64,000 nucleotides of DNA from Takakia lepidozioides (Eukaryota > Plantae > Bryophyta). How positions within the stretch are numbered: position 1 is the first letter of the stretch; the number at the start of each line of letters is the position of its first letter. The position numbers were made by a program, and so were the translations under genes. Shown here piece by piece: positions 1 through 11,100 of this stretch. The DNA lies in assembly GCA_030704615.1 (NCBI GenBank), contig CM060731.1, positions 21,514,001-21,578,000 of the forward strand, in the 5' to 3' direction. Under the pieces are notes generated by a model. The model was given only the letters and a program-made list of their open reading frames with translations, was not told where the DNA came from and made no database searches.

Positions 1-1372
1 GACTATAGACGGAGTGTCTGAGGACCCTGAGGCTAGTGATGAGCCAGGTGGTGCCAGAGATATACATGAGGATTCGGCTGTGTTGGACTACCTCTGCACG
101 GGAGACACGGCAGCCACTGTGACTGCCAGGGAGAGGGATCGGATCCTGCAACGAGCCAAGAGGTTCAAGTGGGAGGGGATACATCTACTTCGATTGTGGG
201 AGGATGGTCGGGTGAGGATTGTGCCTCACCCCACACAGCGTGCACGGTTAGTGCGGCATGCCCATGAGGAGTTGGGGCATTTTGGAGTGCGACGCACTCA
301 CAGTTTACTGCAGGGGCAATATTGGTGGCGTGGTATGCATACAGAGGTGCAACAGTTCGTGGCTAGGTGCATGGTGTGTCACATGGTGCGTGCTTCATTC
401 AACGCCCCTAAACCACAGTTGCATCTTTTACCAATCATGGGATTGGGCTACAGGTGGAGTCTTGACTTCGCAGGACCGTTGCCACTGACTATGCGCCACC
501 ACAAATATGTGTTGGTGATGGTGGAGCACTTCTCCAAGTGGATTGAGTTGGTTCCATTGCTTAAAGGCTAGTGAGGGGGCTGCGTATGCATTCTTGGATC
601 GTGTGCTTAGCCGATTTGGTGCTCCAGCTGAGGTACTCACGGACCAAGGGAGAGAGTTATTGGGGAAGTTTCAGGCTTTGTGTGATAAAGCCTTGATAGA
701 CCAGAAGGGACACCCATGAGATTGGGATCTTCAGGTTCCTTGGTTTGCCATGGGCTACAGGTTCAGCAAACAAGCATCACTTGCCTCCTTCTCACCATAT
801 TTCCTTCTCTTTGGCCGAGAGCCGGATTTGCCTGCAGCCATTCGTAGGGATACTGCTCAAGTCCTTAACCTTGACGATCCGGACATGTGGGTACGTGCAT
901 GTGATCAGCGTGCAGAGTTGTTCAAGAAAGTCATGCCCATGGCTTTTGAGAACCTTGCCATTGCACAGCACCGTGATACGTTGAGGTATGCCACTATACG
1001 TGGTGGAGGATATCGTCCTGGGGTTCGGAGGTTTAACCCTGGTGACTATGTTTATTTGCAGCAGACTGCTCCTACGACTCTGGATGTTACTGCAGGGCGT
1101 GTTATTCTTAGGGTTCGAGAGGTGTTGCCCTCAGGGGTCCTGATCTTGGAGGGTTGGGATGGCACCATGTGCGTAATTGTGCGCTATGCCACCTTCTTAA
1201 TGTCGATGGCAGAGTTGACCCAAACTTGGCAGTGGTACCTGCAGGTTTGAGGTGCATGCTCTGTGGGTCTGCCAAAGGGGCAACCACCATGCTGGTGTGT
1301 GATCGATGCTCAAGGGGTTGGCATATGGGATGCTTGACACCACCTCTTGGTTGTGTCCACACTGCTTGGTAT
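1..1372 (+). mobile_element. Degenerate Ty3/Gypsy LTR-retrotransposon pol 3' end: integrase (HHCC zinc domain, rve core) with C-terminal PHD finger
   Basis: ORF 14-571 has HAHEELGHFG...YWWRGM...CMVC (integrase H2C2) and WSLDFAGPLP...VMVEHFSKW (rve core). ORF 750-1250 has SPYFLLFGREP. 1154-1372 has CMLC-CDRC-HMGC plus WLCPHC in a shifted frame. Stops, frameshifts and a deletion are present. Confidence 0.9.
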
Positions 1373-1622
1373 AGTGACAGTGGACATGACTGGAGGCAGC
1401 TAACAAGACATGGGAGGCCAAGCTCATAGGAGTTAATACATGAGATCCCAAGCTCAAGTTCACAGGTTGCAAGACGACGACTAACGATGGGGCAACTCTT
1501 GCACCCGGCTTCTTGATCTATCGAGTTTGAGTGTAGTAGGGATAGTGGTGGATGACTTAATGAGGCTATGGTCACTATCACATCTTATGGCTACCTGGAC
1601 TTAGAGGGACCTAAGCACCAGC

Positions 1623-1948
1623 TAGGGGGGCGATTGTGTGGACTAGTGACTGCCATAGTGGGCAGCATAGTGGCAGCCTAGTGACTGACTAGTTGTAGCC
1701 TAGTGGTTGGACTAGTGGTTGGACTAGTGATATACTAGTGTGTGGCGTGCACATGTGTTGTGTGGTTTTGGACAACGATGTAGTTGTGTAGTGATATGTA
1801 TGCGCACGACAGATACCTCTTCTGCGGCAGATCTGCTTGCAAAGTTTTTGAAGAAGGACTGATAGTTGAAGTGGTGCATGTATTCTTTTAGATTGAGGAA
1901 CCCATAGTTTTAGTTACTACGAGAATTCAGTAGGGAGACTACATGACA
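1623..1948 (+). repeat. Polypurine tract and putative 3' LTR of the Gypsy element
   Basis: AGGGGGG at 1624-1630, then TGTGTGG at 1635. Internal ACTAGT-rich short repeats. Candidate ...ACA end at 1948 where the sequence turns AT-rich. The right boundary is approximate. Confidence 0.55.
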
Positions 1949-2030
1949 CTCATTTGATTTGATTTTTGAGACAGTTCAATTTACTGATAACATTTGCAGA
2001 AACTTCAATTAAAAAGAAAAAGAAAAAGAA

Positions 2031-2203
2031 GTATGATGCCTCCCGAAAGGAGCGTAACTTATGGTGTCACTTGACCCCGAAGGGCTACTTCTAGCAAGAA
2101 GGTGCACACCTTCATGACACACCAGACGGTGGTTTGAACCCACAACCACATCCAAATCCAACGTGGTATGTGCCCATTACCACCGGGCTACATGCTGGTT
2201 GTC
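2031..2203 (-). mobile_element. tRNA-derived SINE, copy 1
   Basis: Minus strand has an A-box-like TAGCCCGGTGG and B-box GGTTCAAACC, with a T-rich tail. Clearly homologous to 31151-31320. Confidence 0.65.
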
Positions 2204-5116
2204 GAAACTTCAATAATAATTGTTCATGAACCATCCAAGGGCATATTTTGCCCAATGCAGAATCGGTCCTTAACGAAATGGGACTCAAAAAGAAATATCC
2301 TGCAATATAAGAAGCCTAAAAAATGGCAGAATCGGCCCCCCAAATCCATTACGACTATTAAGTCACTGGCCACTCTCATCCTCAACAAATGCAAAATTGA
2401 AAGTGACTAGTTGGTAACCCGTAGGTAGGCTAGGTTGCTTCCGATCCAGCGTATTCCCTCCAAAAGGGAGTTGCACCCTGAGGCAAGGAGGCTCTAAATT
2501 ATTTACCCTAACTTTGGTTGGCATACAATAATAGTAATATTTGGGTGTATCAGGGGAAAACCCCAAGTGGAAGATCGGTATTGTTTCGCATTTATCATAA
2601 TCTGTTAACTGAGAGGAGGAAAGCATGGGCCTCTGTTTGTGCAGCTATTTCCAGAGCTTCAGAGCAACGAGGGAGAAAATTGCTTGAAGATTTCCCTCAG
2701 TCCTGGGGCAAAGGTGACTTGCTCGGCTCCAGTCTACCCAACATGCGCTTTACCTGAAATCTATCCATCCCCAATCAATGGGAAGTCCCCTGGTGATGGG
2801 GAGGAGTCTGAATTCAACTGGCGTCACAAGAAATCTTGGGACCCGAAATTTAGAACTCAACTCAAGTTCTGATACTGGTACCTCTTGCTTCACAGATCAC
2901 CAGGGTACATTCAGAGGCTCCTTACTAATACCTCTTGCTTGCGAGATTTCTTCAGCTCACTTATCAGCTCCTCGGCTTCACAATCCTTTCTTGCTTTGGG
3001 CAGCTTTCATCTTTACTAGGATTGTTAGGCTGCTCTGCAATTTCGAATCTCATCTCCTTCTTTACGACTCATCTGACTCCTGCCTGTCTCTCATTCGTTT
3101 CTCACCAACTCGTCTCTTAAATCGGAGCCTCCTGCTCTCTCCTCTTAGTCTCTCTCTAACCTTTCCCTGTTGTTAGCAAGTTAGCTAGGGTCACGGGGAA
3201 GTTCCCCCTCAATAAGCCTCCACGGCCTCTCTAGGTGGTTATTTTTTCCACCTCTGTGACTTTTTGTTCCTAATAATTTGATTAAAAAGGCCTCTGTCCC
3301 CTTAGTCTAAGAAAATAAAAAAAATAAAAAATAATAATTTTTTTAATATATATTGTTGGCATACATATATATACAGTGTCTTTTCGTTCCCAAGGACTCT
3401 TATTGAAGGTAGACACTTGCCTGTTCGAACTCAGTTATGTTAGCTTTCCTGCCCTCCCCTCCCTCCACTTATCGGATGCGGAATTGAACCCCGGGCAACC
3501 CCCAGGTGAGGCTCCACATGTGCCGAGTGCTGGTTGTACCACCACACGCCCTTCCGAGCCTGGCATCTCAGCCTAACCTAGACCCCTTCCCCGAACTATC
3601 TTCCGAACCTGAAGGTAGATTTCGAACCTGAAACCTCATCTATACTACTGTATTTCCGTGCGTAAGTTCTCGTAGCTACCGTGTAACAGAATACGGCCCA
3701 AAATACGTTAGTTTCTATCTGGCACGTGGCAAGGGTCGTTGTATTTGGTTCCAGGTTTTACTTTAGTAAATCAAGCCGCATCATTTTCGGGGTAAGTTCT
3801 AGTATTTCCATGCCACGTGGGCCGGGAAGATTGGTAAAAGGACATACAGCGCAGAATACCTACGTGGCCTGCTCCCGTGCTCAAAACAAGCCCAGCACAA
3901 CGCACTGCGCTTTTCTTGTTTCTGTTTCTCGGATCACACCTGCGTCTGATCTTCACGCATTGAGCTGTTTCAGCTGGGATTCTAGGGACGTTGACAAACT
4001 TTTTTTCGTCCTGGACTGGCGGTGGAGCTGCTGAATGCTATCCCGTTGAGTAGACATGGCCATTGTTGCTAATGGTCATTGTTTCCCCAAGCTTGTTCCA
4101 TCATTTTCCCGCATGGCTGTTGTCTAAGTTTTGCAGACCAGAAGGCCTTATCTCTGATTTTGAGGGGTTGGAACACATGTATTGTTTGTTATGGTGCTCC
4201 GGGGAGCTTGTAATTGGCAGTCATTCGGAAACATTGAGATTCTGGATATCTTGTTGTACATCCATACTCCCTCAAATTTGTCGAGCTTTCTAGCGTCCGT
4301 AGTGTTTCTAAGGGTCGCCGCTCTCATCACACACAGGGATAATTTTTTAATAGAGACGGGCTGGCCAGGGAAGACTGTGTGATTGCTGGAAGAGAGAATG
4401 GCAGTATGTCCCTGCAGCACGGGATTATGGCAGCTTCTTCCGAATACTGGTCCTGTTTCTGGCTCTCTGTCACCTCAGGTACGGAAAGCAGGGATAGAGA
4501 TGGAATTTTGTTGGACCGAGCCTTGTTATTTTGATTGGAAATTAATTGTGTGTGTGTGAGAAGGAGAGATAACTTCATTTTTTGCTCTCCCCCTCATCAA
4601 GTAGCTGGATCAACGTGTAATGAGGGAGTGGATGGTGAAGGAAAGCCAGCCAGGCAGAGAGAGACAAGTACAGATAACGGTCTGCAGGGGTGAGTGAGAA
4701 AGATGGAAACTTGTCGCCGCTTGTTACTGTTTGTGAAGGTGGTATTTGAAAAGAGATGAAATTTGTCCTGATGTTGAGGCATTGCTTCCATCTTAACGGC
4801 AGCCCCCTCTTCCCTTTTCCACCATCCATCTCTCCTATGTCTTGCACAGGCAGACTTGCAGGGACTCCTATCATCTGGCAGTTGCAACTCGAGATTTTAA
4901 TGTTGATCTATCGTGATAGGGTTGGATGCTGAGGACATAGGAGTTCATCCTCTAGAATCCTTCAGAGTTCCATACATTTTCTTGACAAACAGTACTCCAA
5001 GTGTGTGATCATCATATGGTTTCTTGTAGAGAAGCAAGTTGTCTGTTGAAAATGCGATTGATAAGCTCTTGTTCATTTTGCAGCTGAGGCCAGAGAGGGG
5101 AGTGCAACGCAGGGAG

Positions 5117-8100
5117 ATGTCGCTTTTCGTAGCAGGTCCACAAGGTGCATGCTATGTTGGGTGGGGTGAAACGGAGGGTACTCATAGTCAGTGTATGTCT
5201 GCTGACAAATCTGGGGTCTCAACCTCCCAAATCGTGCCTCGAAGGTCATTCAATTTCAAAAGGGAAATTGGTGGGGTTTGTCAACTTCGAAAGACCTGCA
5301 GGAGTGTTGGAAGCCTCGATAGGAAGCCTGCAGTGGAAGTGCAGGCCCGGGTTCAGGATGCTATGGTACAGGAGACCTATGTTGTAGAGAAAGGATTTGA
5401 TAACAGGGGCAAAGGGTGTAGGGACCGCAACCTAAGGCAGACCAATAGTGGCGGGGGACGAATACGTCGGGTGCAAGTTGCTAGGAATAATGGAGTTGTG
5501 GACTTGGAAGAGCAACGCGGACAGACAAAGCCTACCAAAGGGGGAAGCTCAAGGTTGAGACTGAGTAACCAACGGAATGGATCGAAAGTGCAAAGAGATG
5601 AGGAAGGAAGGCTTTATTTTGAGTATGAATTTAGTGGAACAGACTCTGATGAGAGTGAGGAGCTTGATGGCAACGCCCTTTACACAGCAGAAGAATTGCA
5701 AACCCGGCAAGCAGGTGATGCCCCAAGTTTAGCTGAGGCAGGTTCTCTTGTGGAAATGGGTTCGTCTTCGGCACCTGGAAGAGGTAGCTTTCATTTCCCT
5801 TTGCTAGTCCGATTATTAGGCTTTTAGTGCTTCCCAGTTCCAATCTTATGGAAACTGCAGCTTTTTATCTGCTATATGTGATTTCATTTCCCTTCGCTGG
5901 TCCTATTATTAGGCTTTCAGTGCTTCCCAGTTCCAATCTTATGGAAACTGCAGCTTTTTGTCTGGAATAGGTGATAGTTGGTCGTTCTGTGTGTGGAGTG
6001 TTCTTTTGCATTGGTGTCACCTGACTTAACCTTAGTCTTGTGTCATTTGCAAGTAAGAGAACGGTCTCAAACATGACTGGTTGGAAGGCTCACTGACGCC
6101 GTGTGGTTGTTGTATTAAGCACCCTCACAACTTCTCTGAAAATCCCTCAAATGTATATAGCACATGAGGGGATTTTCTGCTCTATTCTGAAACTTTCTAT
6201 AAGGGTGTTTGAGTGGATTAGCCAGGTCCAGCTGTAGAACCTTCGATGCACATCAAAGCTAGCTTTTGCCCCACATAATGACTCAATGCCTAGCAGAGAA
6301 ATGTTAAATGATGGTATTTGTCCATGTGACCAAGTTGCAAAGAGGAAACTAGAATCATTCACAGATGCTATGCTTATAAATGGCTACTCCCTACCCAAGT
6401 GCTTGAGAAATGGTGTTCTTTGTGTTTACTATTGACCATGTAGAGGTAAACTCTCTTCTAAAGCTTTGGTGCCTTTGTTAAGCAATGATGATTGGCTTTG
6501 TCACATCACACCAATCAACTGATCGAAGCCCCGTGCATATGTTAGTGTTGCAAGTACTTGCAGTGGCTGCCAGGATTTTATCTGTTTCAAAAACTATAAG
6601 GTACCTGTTTTTGCAGAGAGGGGGCAGACACCTGCTGAGACACCAATCTGTGTGGCTGATGTGGAAGTTGATGGCAGCTTATCTGCCGAGCAGAGTTTCA
6701 CTGGCGAAGTAGATGTGGAGGAGGGTTGGATTGGTGTTGGAGGGCAGAAACCTAACTCACTGGTGGAATTACCAGGGGGGCAGCGAGTGGTCCAGCTAAT
6801 GGGTGCCTGGGATGGATTGGCCGGGAGATTACCTGTAGACTTCGCAAGAAGCACTGGGTCTCAGCTTCTGTTGACGGCATTGAAGCTCACAGTCTCTGGG
6901 TTGCAGCATGCTGCCCCTTCTGAAGATGGTCGCACTGCTCTCTCTGTGGCTCTTTCCACTGCGTACATTCTGGCTGATCTCCGAGTGAGTTTATATCTTT
7001 TAGCAGCTTGCAATTCACTCTATCTAGCAATCGAGATGTAGTCAGTGTCAGAAGTTCTGAAGTAATAAGTCATCATCTCCCTGTTGGGATTGTCCATGTA
7101 ATTCAAGCTGGAGGTTTGGACTCAAAATTTGCTGATTATGCTTGTTTACAATTTCTCCACAGTGGCAGTGGCCTAGTTAGGACAGTAAAATAACTGAGTC
7201 CATTTCAAAACTTGAAGGCAGTTGGTGCTAATGGATTCTTTGGCTCGTGAAAATCCAGTGTACTGAACGGCTGACAAAACTTTAATTTGTAGGAAGCTTG
7301 GGGGTGCTTAAGTTGGCAAATAATTGCAAGGGTGGATTCAGCTTTCATCATGAAGGCGAGGGCAATGAGCATGTGCTCATGGGGTGGGAGAGTCTGCTGA
7401 TCTGCTGGGTCTGACAGATGGATGCTGAAGTGATAGCTGCCGGGCTTCTTCGAGAGGTTGTAGAGGCAGGGTATGTGAGGATTGGTGCGGTGGAACAGAG
7501 CTTGGGAGAACGGGTTGCCCAACTCCTTCATGATTGCTTCCGTGTGAAGCACATGCCTTCCCGCGTGGATACTCTGGACGAGGACAGTGCTAAGGCAATC
7601 CGGCAGTTCTGCCTGGCATTCCATGATGTGCGTGCTGTGGTTGTAGAGCTTGCAGTGCGACTAGACACCATGCGACACACACAAACACTCCCAAGATACC
7701 GTCAACAGATTCTAGCACTTGAAACCATGCAGATATATGCCCCTCTGGCGCATGCAATTGGAACTGGCACCATGAGCCTTGAGCTGGAAGACCTTGGCTT
7801 TTGGGTCCTTTTCCCAGATTCATATACGCACATTGAAAGCTGGCTGAAGAGGCACTGGGCCAATGGCGACAGCTTGGTGAATGAATGTCGGGGTAGACTG
7901 CTGGTGGCCTTAGAGGAGGATCCAGCACTACAGGAGCTGCTGGATTCAGTCACAATATCTGGTCGTTTCAAGAGCCGGTACAGCATCATGAAAAAACTAC
8001 TGAGAGACGGCCGCCAACCTGAGGAAGTTTATGATGTACTTGGCTTGAGGGTTATTTTGACCCCCAAATCTGGTGGGAGTGCCATAGATGAGAAGGAAAG

Positions 8101-11100
8101 AGGACAGCGCGCTTGCTACAGGGCCATGGTGGTTGCGACAATTCTTTGGAAGGAGTTGCCGGGCAGGCTTAAGGACTACATTGTTAGGCCTAAGCAAAAT
8201 GGGTATGAAAGCCTGCATCTGGCAGTCTGTTTGGATGATCGTGGGAATTGGTCTCCACCCATGGAGATTCAGATTCGCACAGCAGCCATGGATGCCATGG
8301 CTGAGGGTGGTGTGGCCTCTCACTCTTTGTACAAGGGGGGCCTCACTGAACCTGAACAGGTTGGTACCTCTAATGTTGAACGTTTTTCTTATTTTACTTA
8401 TGTTGTGCTATTTCCTTTTGTCATTGTAGACTCTAATTTTGTAACTTGTAGTTGCTCTTAACGCTTTTCACCTACACGCAAGTTCTGGTATATCCATTCT
8501 TGCTGACTTGTTTCATTTGGCTTTTCTGTGGGTGGTCAATCCTTCCAGATTGGTTACCTGAAGGATTTCATGATCGCCGCAGCTGATGTGGCAGCTTCTC
8601 GATTTTCTGACCTTGCGGGTAACACAGTGGAGGTTCTGGAAGGGAAAAACTCACTGGTCAATAATAGTGACCAGATTTTCTCACTATTTGATAGAAATCA
8701 GGATGGGCTGATTAGCATGGATGAGTTCAAAGAGGTTATGGGGGAGCTTGGAGCTGATGGTGATGATGCCCATGAGCTCATGCAGCTTGTGGATTCCAAT
8801 ACTGACGGTACTGTCAGTATTGAGGAGTTCGAAGAGTTCCGACGGCAGGTTCTCTCTCTCTCTCTCTCTCCCTCTACCTGGCTAAATCCAAGGAATCCAT
8901 TCAGGCTGCAGTGCTCAAAGGAAGCATGTCGGCTTGTTAGAGCAGCTTATGTGGCTGTTGAGGGTGAGTTTGGCATACCTCCCTTAAGTATGGGGTCAGT
9001 TGAATTGCATGCCTAATACCAGATACCCTAAGATAATGGAATCTATTTCTTGGAAGCAAGACCGTCCTGTTAAACAGGCCAAGTCTTGGCGGAAAAAGGT
9101 TGATGAGATTTGTAAGTTTCTGAATATCAGTCCTGATGACTTGACCCTACTGGATGAATCTGACCTGGAGGGGGTTGTGTCCAAAGCCATGTCTGATGCC
9201 CAAAGACTGTCGGAGGAAAATGAAGTTAAGCATAAAACTTCCCTGAACTTGTTTCCAGTCTGTGACATGGGCAAGGACCTTAAGGATGCTGTCAAGGGCC
9301 TACCTACCCTTGGCACTGGACTGAAATTCAAACTCAGGGCAGGAAGCCTACCTTTGAACAATAAACATGTGGGCAAGTGCCTCTGCGAGCGCCTTAATGG
9401 CAGTTGTGGGAAAATAACCTGCAGCTGAGTTGCGGTGTCAAGCTGAACCCTAGAGGATGTGAACCCCACAAAGGCTCTGAGAGGGTCAGTTTCACGCAGA
9501 GTCGATGGCCGTAAGGGTATGGCAAGCCAACATTCGCAGGGAATGGCAGGAGTACATTCTCTCTCTCTCTCTCCCTCTGGTCTATGGCCACAGTGCTACA
9601 GATACTAACATTCTCTCTCTTATTTTTAATGCTCTGTTTGTTGGAAATTTCTTTTCCTGTAAGCTCCTGGGGCTTCCATGGATGCTAGTTACAGCTTCTT
9701 GTTTTCTGCTTTTGGTTTTTAAGGTGAAAGTGCAAGTGCAAATTTCTTAGAAAACTTGTACACAAAATACCTCAACGAAATGAAGAAAGATTTGAAGGAA
9801 GGAAGCCATAAAGGTGCCAAATGAATCAGCCATGAAGGCAAGAAGCTAGAGGCCACAAAAGAAGCAAATGCATTGCCCTCTACCTTGAGGCACAACCAAC
9901 AGGATTTATCTTTTGCTCAATGGAGTTGCTCTACATTGGTTTGATTTTTGTCGATGTCTTGCTGCAGGTGAAATTATTTGAGAATTTGGCTGGAGTGGAT
10001 AAGCAATTCACGACACAGCTTGACCAAAAACTCCTCGCAGGCTCAGTAGAAAGTAAGGAGGGAGTTCGTGGAGTTGTCCATGTTACAAGCAAAGATGTGC
10101 AGGCTGAGCAGATGGAAGCCATTGAGATTTCATCAAAGAATCGAAAAGAGGGAGTGAAAGCCCCTATTGGAGAACCTGCTAATGCAGTTGACTTCTCTTC
10201 AGACTCCACGGTAGAAAACCTAGAAGAGGTGCAGCTCCAAGTGCATGAATCTCCCTCAGAGAAAATGGAACAGGGGAGGTGGATGGACAGGATTGAAGGC
10301 TCCAGCAAGGGCTCTACCAGTACCAGCAGTTCCCAAAATCATGTCGACAATCCACAAACGCGAAGCACAGCTTCTGGCAAGCAGAGTGATTACTCCAGCA
10401 ACCGGAATCTGAGTCTGGCAAAACCAGCAAAACCTGCACGGAGGACAGTGGAGACTGAAAATTTGTCGGACTTGAAGGAGAATAGAGACTTCAAGAGCTC
10501 TCCCCGACCCTCAACAGTTGTCCGAAGTCCAGATAGTTGGGATGTTAAGAACAAAGGGAAAGACACCTCACTTTTGACCGAGGTAAAGGAAGCTGGTGTG
10601 AGTGGCACAATTGATGATGAGCTGGGGGAGATTAGGAGGCAGATAGACTTGGACAACCTGGCGTCTGCTCGCAGTTTATTGCAGAAGGTATGTACAATAA
10701 AGTGCTGTGTGTGTGTGTGTGTGTGTGTGGCTTGCAGGCCCTGCATACTATCCAGAGTGATGTGTGGTAGCTATAAAATAAAATCAATAACCTGCAACCG
10801 GGCTGTTAGGTTGGCATGTGGACAAGTAGGGTTTAGCTTTACCTGCAGGGTTTAGCTTTCAGGGACAAGCTAAACCCTGGTGGGTGCAAACCCCACAGAA
10901 GGACCCAGGAGGGTTTGTTGGCCGTAAGGCTATGGCAAGCCAATGTTTGCAGGGAACGGCAGGAGTACATCTCTGGCCTGTGTGAAGGGCTTTCTAGAGG
11001 AAATCTGGAAAGCCAGAACTAATTGTTTATATCAAGGTAAGTACAACTACTGGAGTGAGCCCCTCGCAAAGGTAGTTTCAGTTCCATCTTGTTCCGCCCA

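Noticed and set aside
2410-3360. Possible solo LTR or TE remnant with several short ORFs
   Set aside because: No termini, TSD or protein motif could be established.
3464-3575. B-box-like GGAATTGAACCCCGGG, possible tRNA or SINE
   Set aside because: No cloverleaf, no convincing A box and no second copy in the window.
9920-10855. 311-aa ORF as a stand-alone gene start for the TPR part
   Set aside because: Its ATG lies in pyrimidine-rich intron-like sequence upstream of a good acceptor (9967) that is in phase with the EF-hand exon. It is better explained as an internal exon, pending transcript data.
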